From Naegleria gruberi (taxonomy: Eukaryota), in the NCBI GenBank assembly GCA_000004985.1, contig GG738887.1: a stretch of 64,000 bases of DNA. One strand, written 5' to 3'. Positions 33,169 to 43,904 of the stretch are shown here, piece by piece. The notes under the pieces were generated by a model that worked only from the letters and a program-made list of their open reading frames with translations, had not been told where the DNA came from and ran no database searches. Within the stretch, counting starts at the first letter, position 1, and each line of letters begins with the position of its first letter. A program made the position numbers and the translations under genes.

Positions 33169-35052
33169 TCAACAAATAGTACATTTGGAATCATTCTTTT
33201 TGAGGAGGATTTTATCAACAATAGATGTTTCACTTTTTTGGAATGTTTCATCTTGCCAAGAATAGAGCGATTTCTTCTTTTGTCTATTGAACAGATTTCT
33301 GCTCTGTGAATCTTCTTGGGTAATGATCGTAATGTTAGCTGATTCACAATCCAGTTTGAAATTATCGCATATTTCCTTCCCCTTTTCATTTGTCATGATA
33401 ACCATCCAATTTGGTGGTGAATACTTGTTGGGAGAATATGAAAATTCATAAGACTCTCCTTGCAGACCTAACATTTTCTTTTCTTCTGGAAGGTATTTGA
33501 ATAAGAGATTCTCAACCACTGCTTTTGTTTCATTTCCATCGAACGTTTTCAGGTCTATCAGTTTTTCCTTAAATGTTTGAGGGAGAACTACCATTGTCGT
33601 GTTACCATGATGTTTGATTTCACAATTCTTTGCAAAGAACATGATAATATTCTCCTCCAATTGTTGATACACTGTTGAGGGATCATAGATTTGCAATCGT
33701 GCTGAGAATAAGGACAAGTCCACAATACCGAAATAGATGGAAATATTGGCCTTCTTGAGTGAGAAAGCTCTCCTAGGATCGTTTGCTTTAAATCTCTTTC
33801 CAAATAGAATAGTCTTTGAGGAGTTTCTCTGGAGAATTCCTTCATAAATATCAGATAATGAGAATAGATAGCCTCCAACTCTGTAATGTGTCTTTGAAAA
33901 GAAAATTACTTTGGAAATTTCCAATAATGGAAGGGATCGAACAGAGCAAACGGCATGTATGAGAAGTAAATTATACAAGTTCAAGAAGAATGCCAGTTTT
34001 TCCTCCTCAGAATCCTTAATTAAATCTAAATTAACATGATTCAATGAATAGGTCTCCAAAATAAAATGATCCCACATGCTAATGAATTCATCATTCAACT
34101 TTGTAAAATTCAAATCAATAACCTTCTTAGTATCTTGTTGAGCTATGGTGTAAAGCTCTTTCATGGATAAATGTTGTTGAAGGTGTTCCAGAATATTCTT
34201 TACAACTGTTAGTGGATGCTTAGTTTCTAAAAGTTGCAATTTCTTATTCATTTCAATGAGTCTCTGATCATCCTCAGAGGGTTGATTTAGGATAATGACC
34301 TTCTCCTTATTGTTGGCATTCAGTAATCTATTTCTGTGAAATGAATCATCACCCTGAGAAGAGAGAAACAATGCAAAACATTCATAATATAAATTATTTG
34401 TTGTGAATCTCCTGAATGGATCTTCTAAATTTCTTAAAAGTTCCAATTTGAGATCAATAAGTGAATTTCTCAATTGAGAGGCAAACTCTCTAATCATTTC
34501 AATTTGTTCATAATTCTCCAATGCTTGATCAAATTTAGCACTCACCACTTCAACCTGTGATAAAAAATCCAAAACTTTTCCCTTAACTTTTCCAGGTAAA
34601 TTAATTTCATGTTCTGAATTTCTTTCCAAAAATCGTTTCCTAAATTTAATAGCCCTAGAAATCATTTCCCTAGATTCCAAAGTTTTCTGTACACTATAAT
34701 TACTTCCACTTGCACTTCCAGATTGACTCATCGTATCACTATTCCATGAATTTCTAAAAGAATTTGAAAAACTTGCTCTAGAACTCGATCTGTCATACTT
34801 TTTATACAAGATATTCTCAAATGCAGACGAAAGATTCGTATTATAATCATTCAATTCTCCAAATTCATTCGTTTCAATCTTCCAAATCACCTTCTTCTCA
34901 GCATACTGTAAATAATCCAACAATGATTGCAATTCATAATAGCAGAGCAGATTTTCTGTTGTGAAATCCAAGGACATGAATGTTAGAAAATAACTGCTCG
35001 CCAATGGATCACTCAGTACGTGATGTAAATTAATTTGACCACTCTTGGACAT
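33169..35052 (-). CDS. Protein with an N-terminal RGS-like domain and a C-terminal DUF547 domain.
   Basis: 627-aa ORF. The N-terminus HHVLSDPLASSYFLTFMSLDFTTENLLCYYELQ is RGS-like. The C-terminal LAFFLNLYNLLLIHAVC...GGYLFSLSDIYEGILQRN matches the DUF547 'NxYNxLxxHA' core. Convergent with Rab1; stops about 89 bp apart. Confidence 0.6.
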   Translation of the reverse strand: MSKSGQINLHHVLSDPLASSYFLTFMSLDFTTENLLCYYELQSLLDYLQYAEKKVIWKIETNEFGELNDYNTNLSSAFENILYKKYDRSSSRASFSNSFRNSWNSDTMSQSGSASGSNYSVQKTLESREMISRAIKFRKRFLERNSEHEINLPGKVKGKVLDFLSQVEVVSAKFDQALENYEQIEMIREFASQLRNSLIDLKLELLRNLEDPFRRFTTNNLYYECFALFLSSQGDDSFHRNRLLNANNKEKVIILNQPSEDDQRLIEMNKKLQLLETKHPLTVVKNILEHLQQHLSMKELYTIAQQDTKKVIDLNFTKLNDEFISMWDHFILETYSLNHVNLDLIKDSEEEKLAFFLNLYNLLLIHAVCSVRSLPLLEISKVIFFSKTHYRVGGYLFSLSDIYEGILQRNSSKTILFGKRFKANDPRRAFSLKKANISIYFGIVDLSLFSARLQIYDPSTVYQQLEENIIMFFAKNCEIKHHGNTTMVVLPQTFKEKLIDLKTFDGNETKAVVENLLFKYLPEEKKMLGLQGESYEFSYSPNKYSPPNWMVIMTNEKGKEICDNFKLDCESANITIITQEDSQSRNLFNRQKKKSLYSWQDETFQKSETSIVDKILLKKNDSKCTIC

Positions 35053-35315
35053 TTCATCAATTTGATTTTTGAATTCTAATAAATTGATTTTAAGAAATTA
35101 AAATTATTAATTTGAATTATTTAGGAAAAGTACTTTTTATCAAGTCATCGATTTGTTGTTTTTCCTCTTTGAATCCATTGTTGTTTTCAGTTCCGATATT
35201 ACTTTCGGTTTGTTTCATTTTTTTTGAAGATATTAATTTGGTATTATTTCAACCTGTGTCTATGCTTGATAATATATATGGAATATCAGGAGAACACATT
35301 TATCTTGAACAAGAA

Positions 35316-35386
35316 GCGTCGATGGTTTAGTGGTAGAATACGGCGTTGCCATCGCCGTGACCCGGGTTCAATTCCCGGTCGACGCA
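35316..35386 (+). tRNA. tRNA-Gly (anticodon GCC).
   Basis: GCGTCGATGGTTTAGTGGTAGAATACGGCGTTGCCATCGCCGTGACCCGGGTTCAATTCCCGGTCGACGCA. It has a 7-bp acceptor stem, D-loop AGTGGTAGA, anticodon loop TTGCCAT and T-arm GGTTCAATTCC. Confidence 0.85.
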
Positions 35387-35823
35387 TCCAAGAGATATCA
35401 ATTTTTTTAGCTTTTCTACAAAGAGTCAAGCTTTCACTTTTTTACCATATCAACTATACATGCAATACTACAATATACTTAAATTTCTCATCGTCATATT
35501 TCATATTGATAGAGATAATAACCACCGATCCGACCTCGCTGTAGAATCTCTGATGATTATAGAAAATAGTAGGCATATCATATTGCCTCGGTGGTTGCAT
35601 AATACTTGGCAACCAACTGATATGTTTAAACAACAGCAGTAAACTGCTTATTGTACATATATTTCGAACATGATGTCTCATAAGCATTACTCTTTGATTA
35701 ATAGATATTTGTAAATAACTGACGTTTTATGCAGCTACGTTTGATATTTTTCAACTAGGTTCTTGTGAGCTTGTGGATGAACATAACAATCCTAACAAGT
35801 TCATAAGAATCTCATTAAAAAAA

Positions 35824-36669
35824 ATGAAACAACTTCTACTCTGTCAGGACATCTTGTCATTAATTATAATGTTTGATGAGGATCCTTTCGAAATACTGAT
35901 GTCATTCCGATCTGTTTGCAAGACTTGGCACGAATGGACAAATTCACATCATTTATTATTGGATTGTATTATTTCAGTATTACATAAAGGATGGTCAATT
36001 AGAAATGATTCCACAAACGAAACTTTTCAAGTCAATTTATTTAAATTACCATCATATCAAGATGAATATCATCCTGATATTTTCACACATGCTCTCAAGT
36101 ATTATAAATTGGTAAAGAAACACATTGAACAATATACAGAACAATTGGAGCATCCAAATTCAAGTTGTGAATATGTTTATGCACCAACAAGAGTTGAAAA
36201 CAAATTGGCTTTGGAAATGTCAAGTATTCTTACACCATTTTTATTTCTGAAAAAGGCAAGCACTGAATTTGGAAGTTATGATTTTCGATCAAATTTAGCA
36301 ACTGTAGTGATTGCAAATGTTAAGGGAGAGGACAAGTTTGTGAGTTTAAAGATGTTAAATGACAGAGGTCAACCAGGACCATACTCGAATTATACTGTTT
36401 GTGAATTACTTGAATTCGAAACAGATTCTTCCAAGATTCAAAGTAATGACGAGTTGTTAAATGTTTTAATTAATCATTTGGGGACTACAAAATCCTGGAA
36501 TAGGAAAAGAGTTTTGGAGGTGATGGAATTTATTGGATTGGAAGAGGAATTCCTTTCGAATAATGATTGTGTTAATGATTTCATCTATGTGGTAATGTAT
36601 GAACTCATCTTTAAATCTATAGAAATATGGTATACAGAGCAATATCTTTTCAATTGTGGGGATATTTAA
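35824..36669 (+). CDS. Hypothetical protein (no recognisable domain).
   Basis: Long ORF; first ATG at 35824 (MKQLLLCQDILSLII...). No family recognised. Confidence 0.4.
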   Translation: MKQLLLCQDILSLIIMFDEDPFEILMSFRSVCKTWHEWTNSHHLLLDCIISVLHKGWSIRNDSTNETFQVNLFKLPSYQDEYHPDIFTHALKYYKLVKKHIEQYTEQLEHPNSSCEYVYAPTRVENKLALEMSSILTPFLFLKKASTEFGSYDFRSNLATVVIANVKGEDKFVSLKMLNDRGQPGPYSNYTVCELLEFETDSSKIQSNDELLNVLINHLGTTKSWNRKRVLEVMEFIGLEEEFLSNNDCVNDFIYVVMYELIFKSIEIWYTEQYLFNCGDI

Positions 36670-36717
36670 ATATCAAGTCGGTGGTTAATTGAAAATTGTT
36701 AAATTAAGGAAATGAAT

Positions 36718-36835
36718 GGCTACGGCCATATCACGATTCATGCACCTCATCCCGTCCGATTTGAGAAGTTAAGCATCGTCGAGCCACATCAGTACTGAGG
36801 TTGGAGACAACTTGGGAACCTGTGGTGCTGTAGTC
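36718..36835 (+). rRNA. 5S ribosomal RNA gene (dispersed copy 1).
   Basis: GGCTACGGCCATATCACGATTCATGCACCTCATCCCGTCCGATTTGAGAAGTTAAGCATCGTCGAGCCACATCAGTACTGAGGTTGGAGACAACTTGGGAACCTGTGGTGCTGTAGTC. Helix I pairs 5' GGCTACGGC with 3' GCTGTAGTC, and loop C/E motifs are conserved. It is followed by a T-run. Confidence 0.85.
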
Positions 36836-36869
36836 CTCTTTTTCCTTCCTTATGTTTATTAGAGTTTCA

Positions 36870-37366
36870 TCTATTTTAGCCATCATTAAAACAATGAAAG
36901 TGGAAGAGGAGCTGCAATATACCATCATGAAGAGCTACATGCTCTTCCTCCATCTCAATAATTTGATATTAAGGCGAGAGTATTCAATAACTTTCTTGAA
37001 TCCATATTTATTTTTCACATTAAAGATACCACAATTTTATAATTGCACTTTTCACACATTCAAAGCCAATATCACAAACCTCACAAATGAAACTTGATAA
37101 AACCATTGACTGTACTTCTACAGGATCTTTTCTGTAGGAATACATAAACTCGACTTTTTTGAGTCAATCTGACCTTTGAGGTTAACCAAGATGAAGACTC
37201 TGTAGTCACATATCTTGAGCATGATATCGAACTGGAAACATGCTTCGTTGTAGGTTTCCTCGTTCATAGATGATTGCTGCATTCCTTACCAGCCATGGTT
37301 TGTGAATGGGGGATTTGTGAACATGCAGATTGGTACCTTAAACCTTTTATCAATTAATAGAAAATT
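36870..37366. repeat. Interspersed repeat copy A, immediately downstream of 5S copy 1. It is related to 43905..44300 but with the central ~155 bp in opposite orientation.
   Basis: Shared blocks are 'tttcttgaatcc.tatttat...ttttcacacattaaa..taccacaatttt.taattgcacttttcacacattcaaag' and 'gatatcgaac...atgcagattggtacctta...ttttcaattaatagaaaat'. Segment 37073..37227 is the reverse complement of 44079..44229. Confidence 0.75.
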
Positions 37367-37709
37367 ATTACAACCAACCAACCAAATGCCCCCAATAGCA
37401 CTAGTCATAACCATATATTGCAATGAATATCATTCATAAAAATTAAACATTTCTCAATCATCAATTTCACTCTTGGTCGAGCAGTGACTCGTTGCACGCA
37501 AATCATTTAATTTTTGAGATGGCATTTTGTTCTTAGAAACTTGAAACAACAGAATTTTGGAGAAAAAATGAGAGTGTCCAATCTTTGATTATTTTCTTGG
37601 TGGTTTTAAGAGATGAAACTTTGAAAATTGGTAATTAGCTAGAGTACTTATCATTCATCCTATGATGAAAAAAGTAAAACCTATATTCCAGATAGAGTCA
37701 AAAATTAAT

Positions 37710-37780
37710 CTCGAGTGCCGGGAATTGAACCCGGGTCGCCAGAGTGACAGTCTGGAATGCTACCACTATACCACACCCGA
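37710..37780 (-). tRNA. tRNA-Asp (anticodon GUC).
   Basis: Minus-strand TCGGGTGTGGTATAGTGGTAGCATTCCAGACTGTCACTCTGGCGACCCGGGTTCAATTCCCGGCACTCGAG. The anticodon stem-loop is CCAGA-CTGTCAC-TCTGG, with T-arm GGTTCAATTCC. Confidence 0.8.
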
Positions 37781-38319
37781 TTGCATTCAAGTAGAAATGA
37801 TTCCTTAATTCGCCTTAGTATATAGTCATTTCTGCCATTAATTTATTATTAGAAAATTGACTTCCATTTCGAAGTGAAGAGGCTTCTTAAAAAAAGAATT
37901 ATACCATAATGTTGTGAACCCACAAAACAATCTGAAGATAAGAGACATTCCAACCCATAACCGAATTTGAGGCATGTAGTGTAATTCTAACATCACGATC
38001 AGCTCATTACTCTATGAAGTTTTAATCTTTGCATCAAATCTGCTAAATTAACTTTTCAAATTTTAATGAAGAGGTCAGCAAATGTTTTTAAAGTTCCCAA
38101 AATGTTTTCAATGTTCATTTTCAAAATTTCTTATCTATTTTTAAATATAATGACGAAATTTTCATCATCATTACAAAAAGTATGATGTCAACAACTCCGA
38201 AATTCAATGATGAAGACACACGGTTTTCATTCATATAAAACCCATTGAACGATATTCTTGAAAAAAACAAGAATTTGCAAACAAGCAATTCAACTAACAA
38301 TTCTAATAACTCAAACAAA

Positions 38320-38868
38320 ATGGACTTTTTCAAAAAGATTGGTCAATTCTTCTCTGGATGGCTCAGAGGTTTATTCGAAAATAAGGAAGCCAAGATTCTA
38401 TTCCTTGGTTTGGATGCAGCTGGTAAAACTTCAGCTCTATATAAGATTCAATTAGATGAAAATGTTAGCACTATTCCCACCATTGGTTTCAATGCTGAAG
38501 TGTTACAATATAAGAAGGTAACTTTCAGAGTGTTTGATATTGGTGGCCAGGATAAGATTAGAAAGTTATGGAGACACTATTATCAATCGACAAATGCTAT
38601 CATTTTCATTGTCGATTCTAATGATACTGAGAGATTTAAAGAAGCTGCCGAAACCTTACGGGAAGTTATGCAGGATGATTTATTGAAAGATGCCAAGTTA
38701 TTGGTGTGGGCTAATAAGCAAGATTTGCCAAGAGCTGCCAATGTTAAAGATATGGTCAATACTTTGAAATTACACGAGATTAAGCAAGAATGGTACATCC
38801 AACCATGTAGTGCCCTGTCTGGCAATGGATTATTCGAAGGTTTGGATTGGTTATCCAGTAAATTGTAA
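38320..38868 (+). CDS. ARF/ARL-family small GTPase.
   Basis: [13 protein letters not shown]...[18 protein letters not shown]...[20 protein letters not shown]...ANKQDLP...[17 protein letters not shown]. This matches the ARF G1 to G5 motifs. Confidence 0.85.
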   Translation: MDFFKKIGQFFSGWLRGLFENKEAKILFLGLDAAGKTSALYKIQLDENVSTIPTIGFNAEVLQYKKVTFRVFDIGGQDKIRKLWRHYYQSTNAIIFIVDSNDTERFKEAAETLREVMQDDLLKDAKLLVWANKQDLPRAANVKDMVNTLKLHEIKQEWYIQPCSALSGNGLFEGLDWLSSKL

Positions 38869-38921
38869 ATAAACACTTTGATATCTCATATTTCAAACTT
38901 GTCAAATAGGATTTCATCATA

Positions 38922-39875
38922 TTAGCCTCCAACCAATCTAAACACCATGACTAATTTAGAATTACTGTTAATTTCTAATTCTTGCAAAGTTTTTTCATCA
39001 TCTTCCATTGACATCACTTTCGAATTGTGAATTATTCTAAATTCATTACCAATGTTCCACTCCTCAGCCACCCTCCAACGAATCATATTGAAAGTATTGT
39101 TAGGATCTGCAAAAAATCTCAATTCCTTTCCTGAGATTGATTTAATACGCAATTCTATAGAGTTGTCCAATGTGGAAAAGCTTGAAATTTCCTCATCCTT
39201 AAAAAGTACATTTCCAACAAACTGAAAGGCCTTTGGGGTTTGTTTCAGTGCAGCTAAATTAATTTCTCTATTATTCTTCAGTGAATATCCCACATATTCC
39301 AATAATATTCCACACTGGCTTACAATTTTCAACATGTATTCTCTATTATTTAACAAGTATTGATTTAAAACATATTTGATGGCTCTTGGATTACAATCAA
39401 GAGCAGCTCTACAAATTTCCTCATCCTGTCTAAAGTCCTCATCCATATCTTTTAATAGGACCCAATTATTCTTTACCTGAACTAATTCCTTGACAAAATT
39501 TCGATCTCTTCTCAATACCTTTCCAACATATTCACCACTCGCAAAAGCATCATTCGAAATTGCCTTCAAAACTAATTCTCTATCATTCCTCCAATTTTCA
39601 TGAAGAATTTTCAATGCCTTTCCTTTATGTTGCTTGATCACAGCAAGAGCCACCTCTCTATCCAAACTAAAATCGAATGGTTTCAGACTCGGAATGAATG
39701 GAACGTTGCTATGTTTTATCTGGTTTAAAACCATCAATTTTGCATAGTGGTGCTTTAGTACTTGTTGAGATGTCTTCATCATTTCATTCCGAAGTATTTG
39801 TTGTAAATTAGTCATGAATTTATAATTTTCCTGATGGAAATCAGTGAGTGTAATTTTTACTGTTTCGTTCTGCAT
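38922..39875 (-). CDS. Protein with DUF4116-like ~35-aa repeats and a C-terminal ubiquitin-like domain that ends exactly in ...RLVGG-stop.
   Basis: Repeats: ELVLKAISNDAFASGEYVGKVL, EICRAALDCNPRAIKYV, EYMLKIVSQCGILLEYVGYSL, EINLAALKQTPKAFQFVGNVL. C-terminus: IELRIKSISGKELRFFADPNNTFNMIRWRVAEEWNIGNEFRIIHNSKVMSMEDDEKTLQELEINSNSKLVMVFRLVGG. This aligns with ubiquitin (TLTGKTITLEV...[16 protein letters not shown]). Confidence 0.65.
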   Translation of the reverse strand: MQNETVKITLTDFHQENYKFMTNLQQILRNEMMKTSQQVLKHHYAKLMVLNQIKHSNVPFIPSLKPFDFSLDREVALAVIKQHKGKALKILHENWRNDRELVLKAISNDAFASGEYVGKVLRRDRNFVKELVQVKNNWVLLKDMDEDFRQDEEICRAALDCNPRAIKYVLNQYLLNNREYMLKIVSQCGILLEYVGYSLKNNREINLAALKQTPKAFQFVGNVLFKDEEISSFSTLDNSIELRIKSISGKELRFFADPNNTFNMIRWRVAEEWNIGNEFRIIHNSKVMSMEDDEKTLQELEINSNSKLVMVFRLVGG

Positions 39876-40056
39876 ATGATGATCGTGTTTTATGACTTGA
39901 TTTTTTTTGTTTTGTAATTGATTTAAACTTCAAATTCGAAATACAAAACGATCGTAACAGGTAAATTGAAAATTCACAAAATTGGTGTACAATGTGGGAT
40001 TTCGTTTTAAAGGAAGTTGGTGGTTGATTGAAACTTGTTAAATTAAGGAAATGAAT

Positions 40057-40174
40057 GGCTACGGCCATATCACGATTCATGCACCTCATCCCGTCCGATT
40101 TGAGAAGTTAAGCATCGTCGAGCCACATCAGTACTGAGGTTGGAGACAACTTGGGAACCTGTGGTGCTGTAGTC
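40057..40174 (+). rRNA. 5S ribosomal RNA gene (dispersed copy 2).
   Basis: Identical to copy 1 over the 118-nt gene. It is preceded by the same ~40-bp upstream block (ggtgg.t.attgaaa.ttgttaaattaaggaaatgaatg) and followed by TTTTT. Confidence 0.85.
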
Positions 40175-40332
40175 TTTTTCCTTTTACCACATTGAACGTT
40201 AACCTTTCTATTTAGAGACATGTTCATTACAACAATATTCAAATTGATTAATGATGCAAACAACTTACAATTCAATAAATATTTATTAAATGTTGAATAT
40301 TCCCAATGCTAAAGCAATGTGAATAGACACAT

Positions 40333-41820
40333 CTACACAACATTTTCCATGTCAATATTTACTTCATCCATTTGCATTAAATCGAAACTTGCCTTCTCCA
40401 TTTCTTCTTGTGAATCTTCATAGACCTGAACTTCATCCGATTGAAAACCATAAATCTCAACAATTTGCTCATTGAACCATTGTTCATTGAAGAGGACTTT
40501 TGTTGGATAGCCATTCTCCTCAATTACCTTAATCATTTGATGGAAGAGAAACTCCAATTCGTTGTAGTATTGAGCAAAGTCAAGTTCACTAATGTATTCA
40601 TCTTCAAGAATTGACATGCACTTGTCAAACTTTTCACTAATTGACATGTATAATGAATCATTGTCAAAGATGTCATGATAATTTTCTATAGCTTGATGAA
40701 TGGTATGGAGCATGAGTTGTTTGTTACGTTTCAATCCTTCCAAAATGTCCAATGATTCATTAATGCGTTTGAATTTTGAAAAATTATTAGAAATGATGCA
40801 TTTGATGAATTTCTTCTTAATCTTTCTGATTTGTTCGGTAATGAGAGAGTTGTCCAATACTTTGAAATGGCTTTCGGTGCTTTCAATTCTTTTGAAGAGC
40901 ACATCTTCATAGCAATCAACTTTGATAGATCTGTTACTGGAGAGAAGGGTTCCAAAATTATCCTCTTTTTGAATGGTTTCGAATAGGATTTTTGTATTTG
41001 ATGGAAAGAAAAAGGATAAAGCAAGCTTGAGTGCACCATATTTGGATGGTTGTGTGGAGATGGAATGATTAACAATGATTCTCTTCAATGAACACACAAT
41101 TTCTGGTTCCTTCAAATCTTCCTTGGACAATGATTGCAAGAATGTTTCTGGAATAATCAATTCTTCACAATTAGGATAACACTTCCCCAATAAATCATTC
41201 AAGAAGGATCTCAATTCATTACATGAACCGATAGTATTACGAAGGATCAATTTCCTGACCTTTTCACTTGAATGATTCAATATGTTTTCTTGACTTGGAT
41301 GTGAAACACACAGAGTTGGAATTGTGATGGATCTGTGAGGAAACTTGTGACTTTCATAATATTCAAGATTGGGAGCAATGGTGGAAATATCATAATTCTT
41401 TGGAGGTCTAATAAATAATAATCGAGTCAACTTGCTACCTAAATGTGAAATAAGTGACAAATCACTATTGTTGTAAATTATATTTGAGAATGATAATTCC
41501 TCAATATTGGAAGAAATCAAATCAAGATTATTGACAAGTGCAAATATTGGGTTATCAACTCCCTTAGGTTTCCCTTCATTTGTTAAGTTTCTAATGAATG
41601 ACCATTCAAGGTCAAATGTCAACTTTTTCAAATAAGGACTAATTTTAAAAATTCTTTTTGAGAATCGAGATTCTGGGTAGATGAGCTGAAAGTTTTTGAA
41701 CTTTAAATGTTGGATCTTACTGGTACTTGCGTTCATCAAGTCAACCAATTGTCTCTTTGTAATTGAAATTCCATTTAAGGTATTGTAGTTTTCCAGAAAC
41801 CATGACATAAATTTTTTCAC
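40333..41820 (-). CDS. Hypothetical protein (495 aa), possibly LRR/F-box-like.
   Basis: Long uninterrupted ORF on the minus strand. No clear family recognised. Confidence 0.45.
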   Translation of the reverse strand: MKKFMSWFLENYNTLNGISITKRQLVDLMNASTSKIQHLKFKNFQLIYPESRFSKRIFKISPYLKKLTFDLEWSFIRNLTNEGKPKGVDNPIFALVNNLDLISSNIEELSFSNIIYNNSDLSLISHLGSKLTRLLFIRPPKNYDISTIAPNLEYYESHKFPHRSITIPTLCVSHPSQENILNHSSEKVRKLILRNTIGSCNELRSFLNDLLGKCYPNCEELIIPETFLQSLSKEDLKEPEIVCSLKRIIVNHSISTQPSKYGALKLALSFFFPSNTKILFETIQKEDNFGTLLSSNRSIKVDCYEDVLFKRIESTESHFKVLDNSLITEQIRKIKKKFIKCIISNNFSKFKRINESLDILEGLKRNKQLMLHTIHQAIENYHDIFDNDSLYMSISEKFDKCMSILEDEYISELDFAQYYNELEFLFHQMIKVIEENGYPTKVLFNEQWFNEQIVEIYGFQSDEVQVYEDSQEEMEKASFDLMQMDEVNIDMENVV

Positions 41821-41859
41821 CTCAACACCAATCTTTTTTCCATCTCATCCATGTTGATC

Positions 41860-42915
41860 GATTAAAATCCATCTATTCAATCTGTTTTTTGATCAATCTA
41901 TCAAACAATCGATCATGATTAATCAACAATTTCAATCATATTGAATAAAGACTTGATGTTATTTGAAAAGGCTCAACCTTCAGCTAATTATCAAAAGATG
42001 TTGTTTGATTTCTTATGATGTTTCAAAAAAAAGAACTTAAAACACAAAAAGTTGGTTTTCTAAGTGCTTAAAATCATGTTAGAAGCCAATCTCCTCCGAT
42101 GTGGCATTTGAATATAAATTTCTTATAATCCTTTCTGAGCTCAGTGACAGAAGGTTGCTCCCAACCTTTTTCCACGAATATGTCAAGTGCTCACTCTTGA
42201 TTTTAATTTGGGATGTGGATATTGCAATATTACATAAGAGTGTTGGTTCTTGATTAAATGATTGCTTACACAAGTTTGGACGTTGTTGCTCCTGAACATG
42301 TGGTTTTGTTCAAAGAGCATTTTATCAAGTTTGCTTTCATTCTCACCCTTTGTCATTAATTAAGGCACTCAATACTGGAAACCTTTTTTCAAGTGTTGTA
42401 TTTTATCATGTCAAGTACTTGAGAAACTCATTTGATGTAGTAGAAGATCCACATTGTAAAGAAATTAAAACATTCAAACTTAATGAATCGTTCCGATGCC
42501 ATCCCAGCTTGATATGGAATTCAGTAATACCAATAAGGTGATTTTCAAGGCACTCTGTACTGACATCTAACCAAGGGTTGATTTAAAATGAAAAAAGGAG
42601 CAATTTGGAGAAGCCATTTCGAAGCTTAGTGAAATAAGTAAGGGAGAATGAAATCTGTGACTCTAAAAAAATAATTGAAAAACCAAAAAACAACTCTCAA
42701 AAAGTCAAAAAGGCAAGAAAAAAATCAAACCTGAACTGGAAGAACAAAAGAAATCATCAAAATCAAAGTCTCAAGCTCAGTTCAATGAGGATTTCGAGAT
42801 ATCTGATGAAAACATTGATAGATCGATCGATTGATCGATCAATTAATTGATAAAATTCTATGTTTCATCCATTCAATCGATCATTTTCCATCTCGATCAA
42901 TCATCGATGGGTAAA
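41860..42915. promoter_or_regulatory. Intergenic region containing two clusters of ATCGAT/GATCGATC palindromic motifs (41860-41930 and 42820-42915).
   Basis: 'tgatcgattaaaatcc...caatcgatcatgattaatca' and 'gatagatcgatcgattgatcgatcaattaattga...caatcgatcattttccatctcgatcaatcatcgatggg...ccatcgaaaa'. Confidence 0.3.
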
Positions 42916-42938
42916 AAAAATCCATCGAAAAATTTATG

Positions 42939-43463
42939 TCATGGTTTCTCGAAAACTACAATAACTGTACTAAACTTTTCAATTGTGGACATGAATTTAA
43001 GTGAATATTCTGAAAATCTCACAACAAGTTCAGTGTCATGAATAAATGGTTCATTTTCCAACCAATCATGTAAAAATTCTAATTGACTATTATTGTTACA
43101 ACACCAAACTCTTCTGTGCATGAGAATTTGCAAGCAAGCTTCTCTATTTACCAAATCAGGAAAATTAATCAAATACTTCATCAATTCAGCAAGGAATTCC
43201 TCATCACTATAGTTTGACATGATTTCCAGCACAATATCTGCACATCCTAATGTACTTTCCAATAGCTGTTTCATTTTCAATTTGTCCATTGCTTGTTTCA
43301 TTTGTTGTTGAATTCCCTTCTTGTTGCCACGTGCGATGGTTGCAGCTACATTCAGATCGGTTGCAAATCTTGCCCATCCGTCTGGATCCATCAGCATGGC
43401 AGAGGGTGGAATGGCAATTCTTGGTTTCCTTGATGACTTTTTTGATATTTTGGCAGGCAGCAT
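42939..43463 (-). CDS. Hypothetical protein (174 aa).
   Basis: Minus-strand ORF starting MLPAKISKKSSRKPRIAIPPSAMLMDPDGWARF... No family recognised. Confidence 0.4.
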   Translation of the reverse strand: MLPAKISKKSSRKPRIAIPPSAMLMDPDGWARFATDLNVAATIARGNKKGIQQQMKQAMDKLKMKQLLESTLGCADIVLEIMSNYSDEEFLAELMKYLINFPDLVNREACLQILMHRRVWCCNNNSQLEFLHDWLENEPFIHDTELVVRFSEYSLKFMSTIEKFSTVIVVFEKP

Positions 43464-43904
43464 GTTTCTAATAATGTTTCTAATAATTGTTGTTGGTTTC
43501 TTTTTCTTTTAACTGAAGGCAAATAGTTGTGTTTGCGAATTTAAAGTTGTTTTAATCACGTTGTGAATTCCGATCTGGGCAAAAATGGACTAAATCATGT
43601 TTTGTGTGTGGAAACGAAAGATTTTGTTTGCTTTGACAAGGTTCAATGTTTTCTTGTGACACCTGGAAGTGGCACTCTGAAGTTTACGTAAATTGATTGA
43701 TTTTGTTTGAAACAGTGGTTATGATGATGCAACTTCATGTTCTTTTTCCATAAACACCAATTAGAAAACTTTTGAGAAAATAGGAATTGAAAAAAGGGAA
43801 GTTTGCCTCCAACTTACTTTGTCAAGACAAAAATTTACAACAGTTCTGGATTATTTGCTCAAATACAAGTGGATATAAATACCGAGTTGAAGGAAATTCT
43901 TAAA

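Noticed and set aside
36852-37097. ORFs 36852..37097 and 43979..44188 ('...PQF.NCTFHTFK...')
   Set aside because: They lie inside the two copies of the interspersed repeat. The amino-acid similarity is only a by-product of nucleotide identity, and the frames diverge where the core is inverted.
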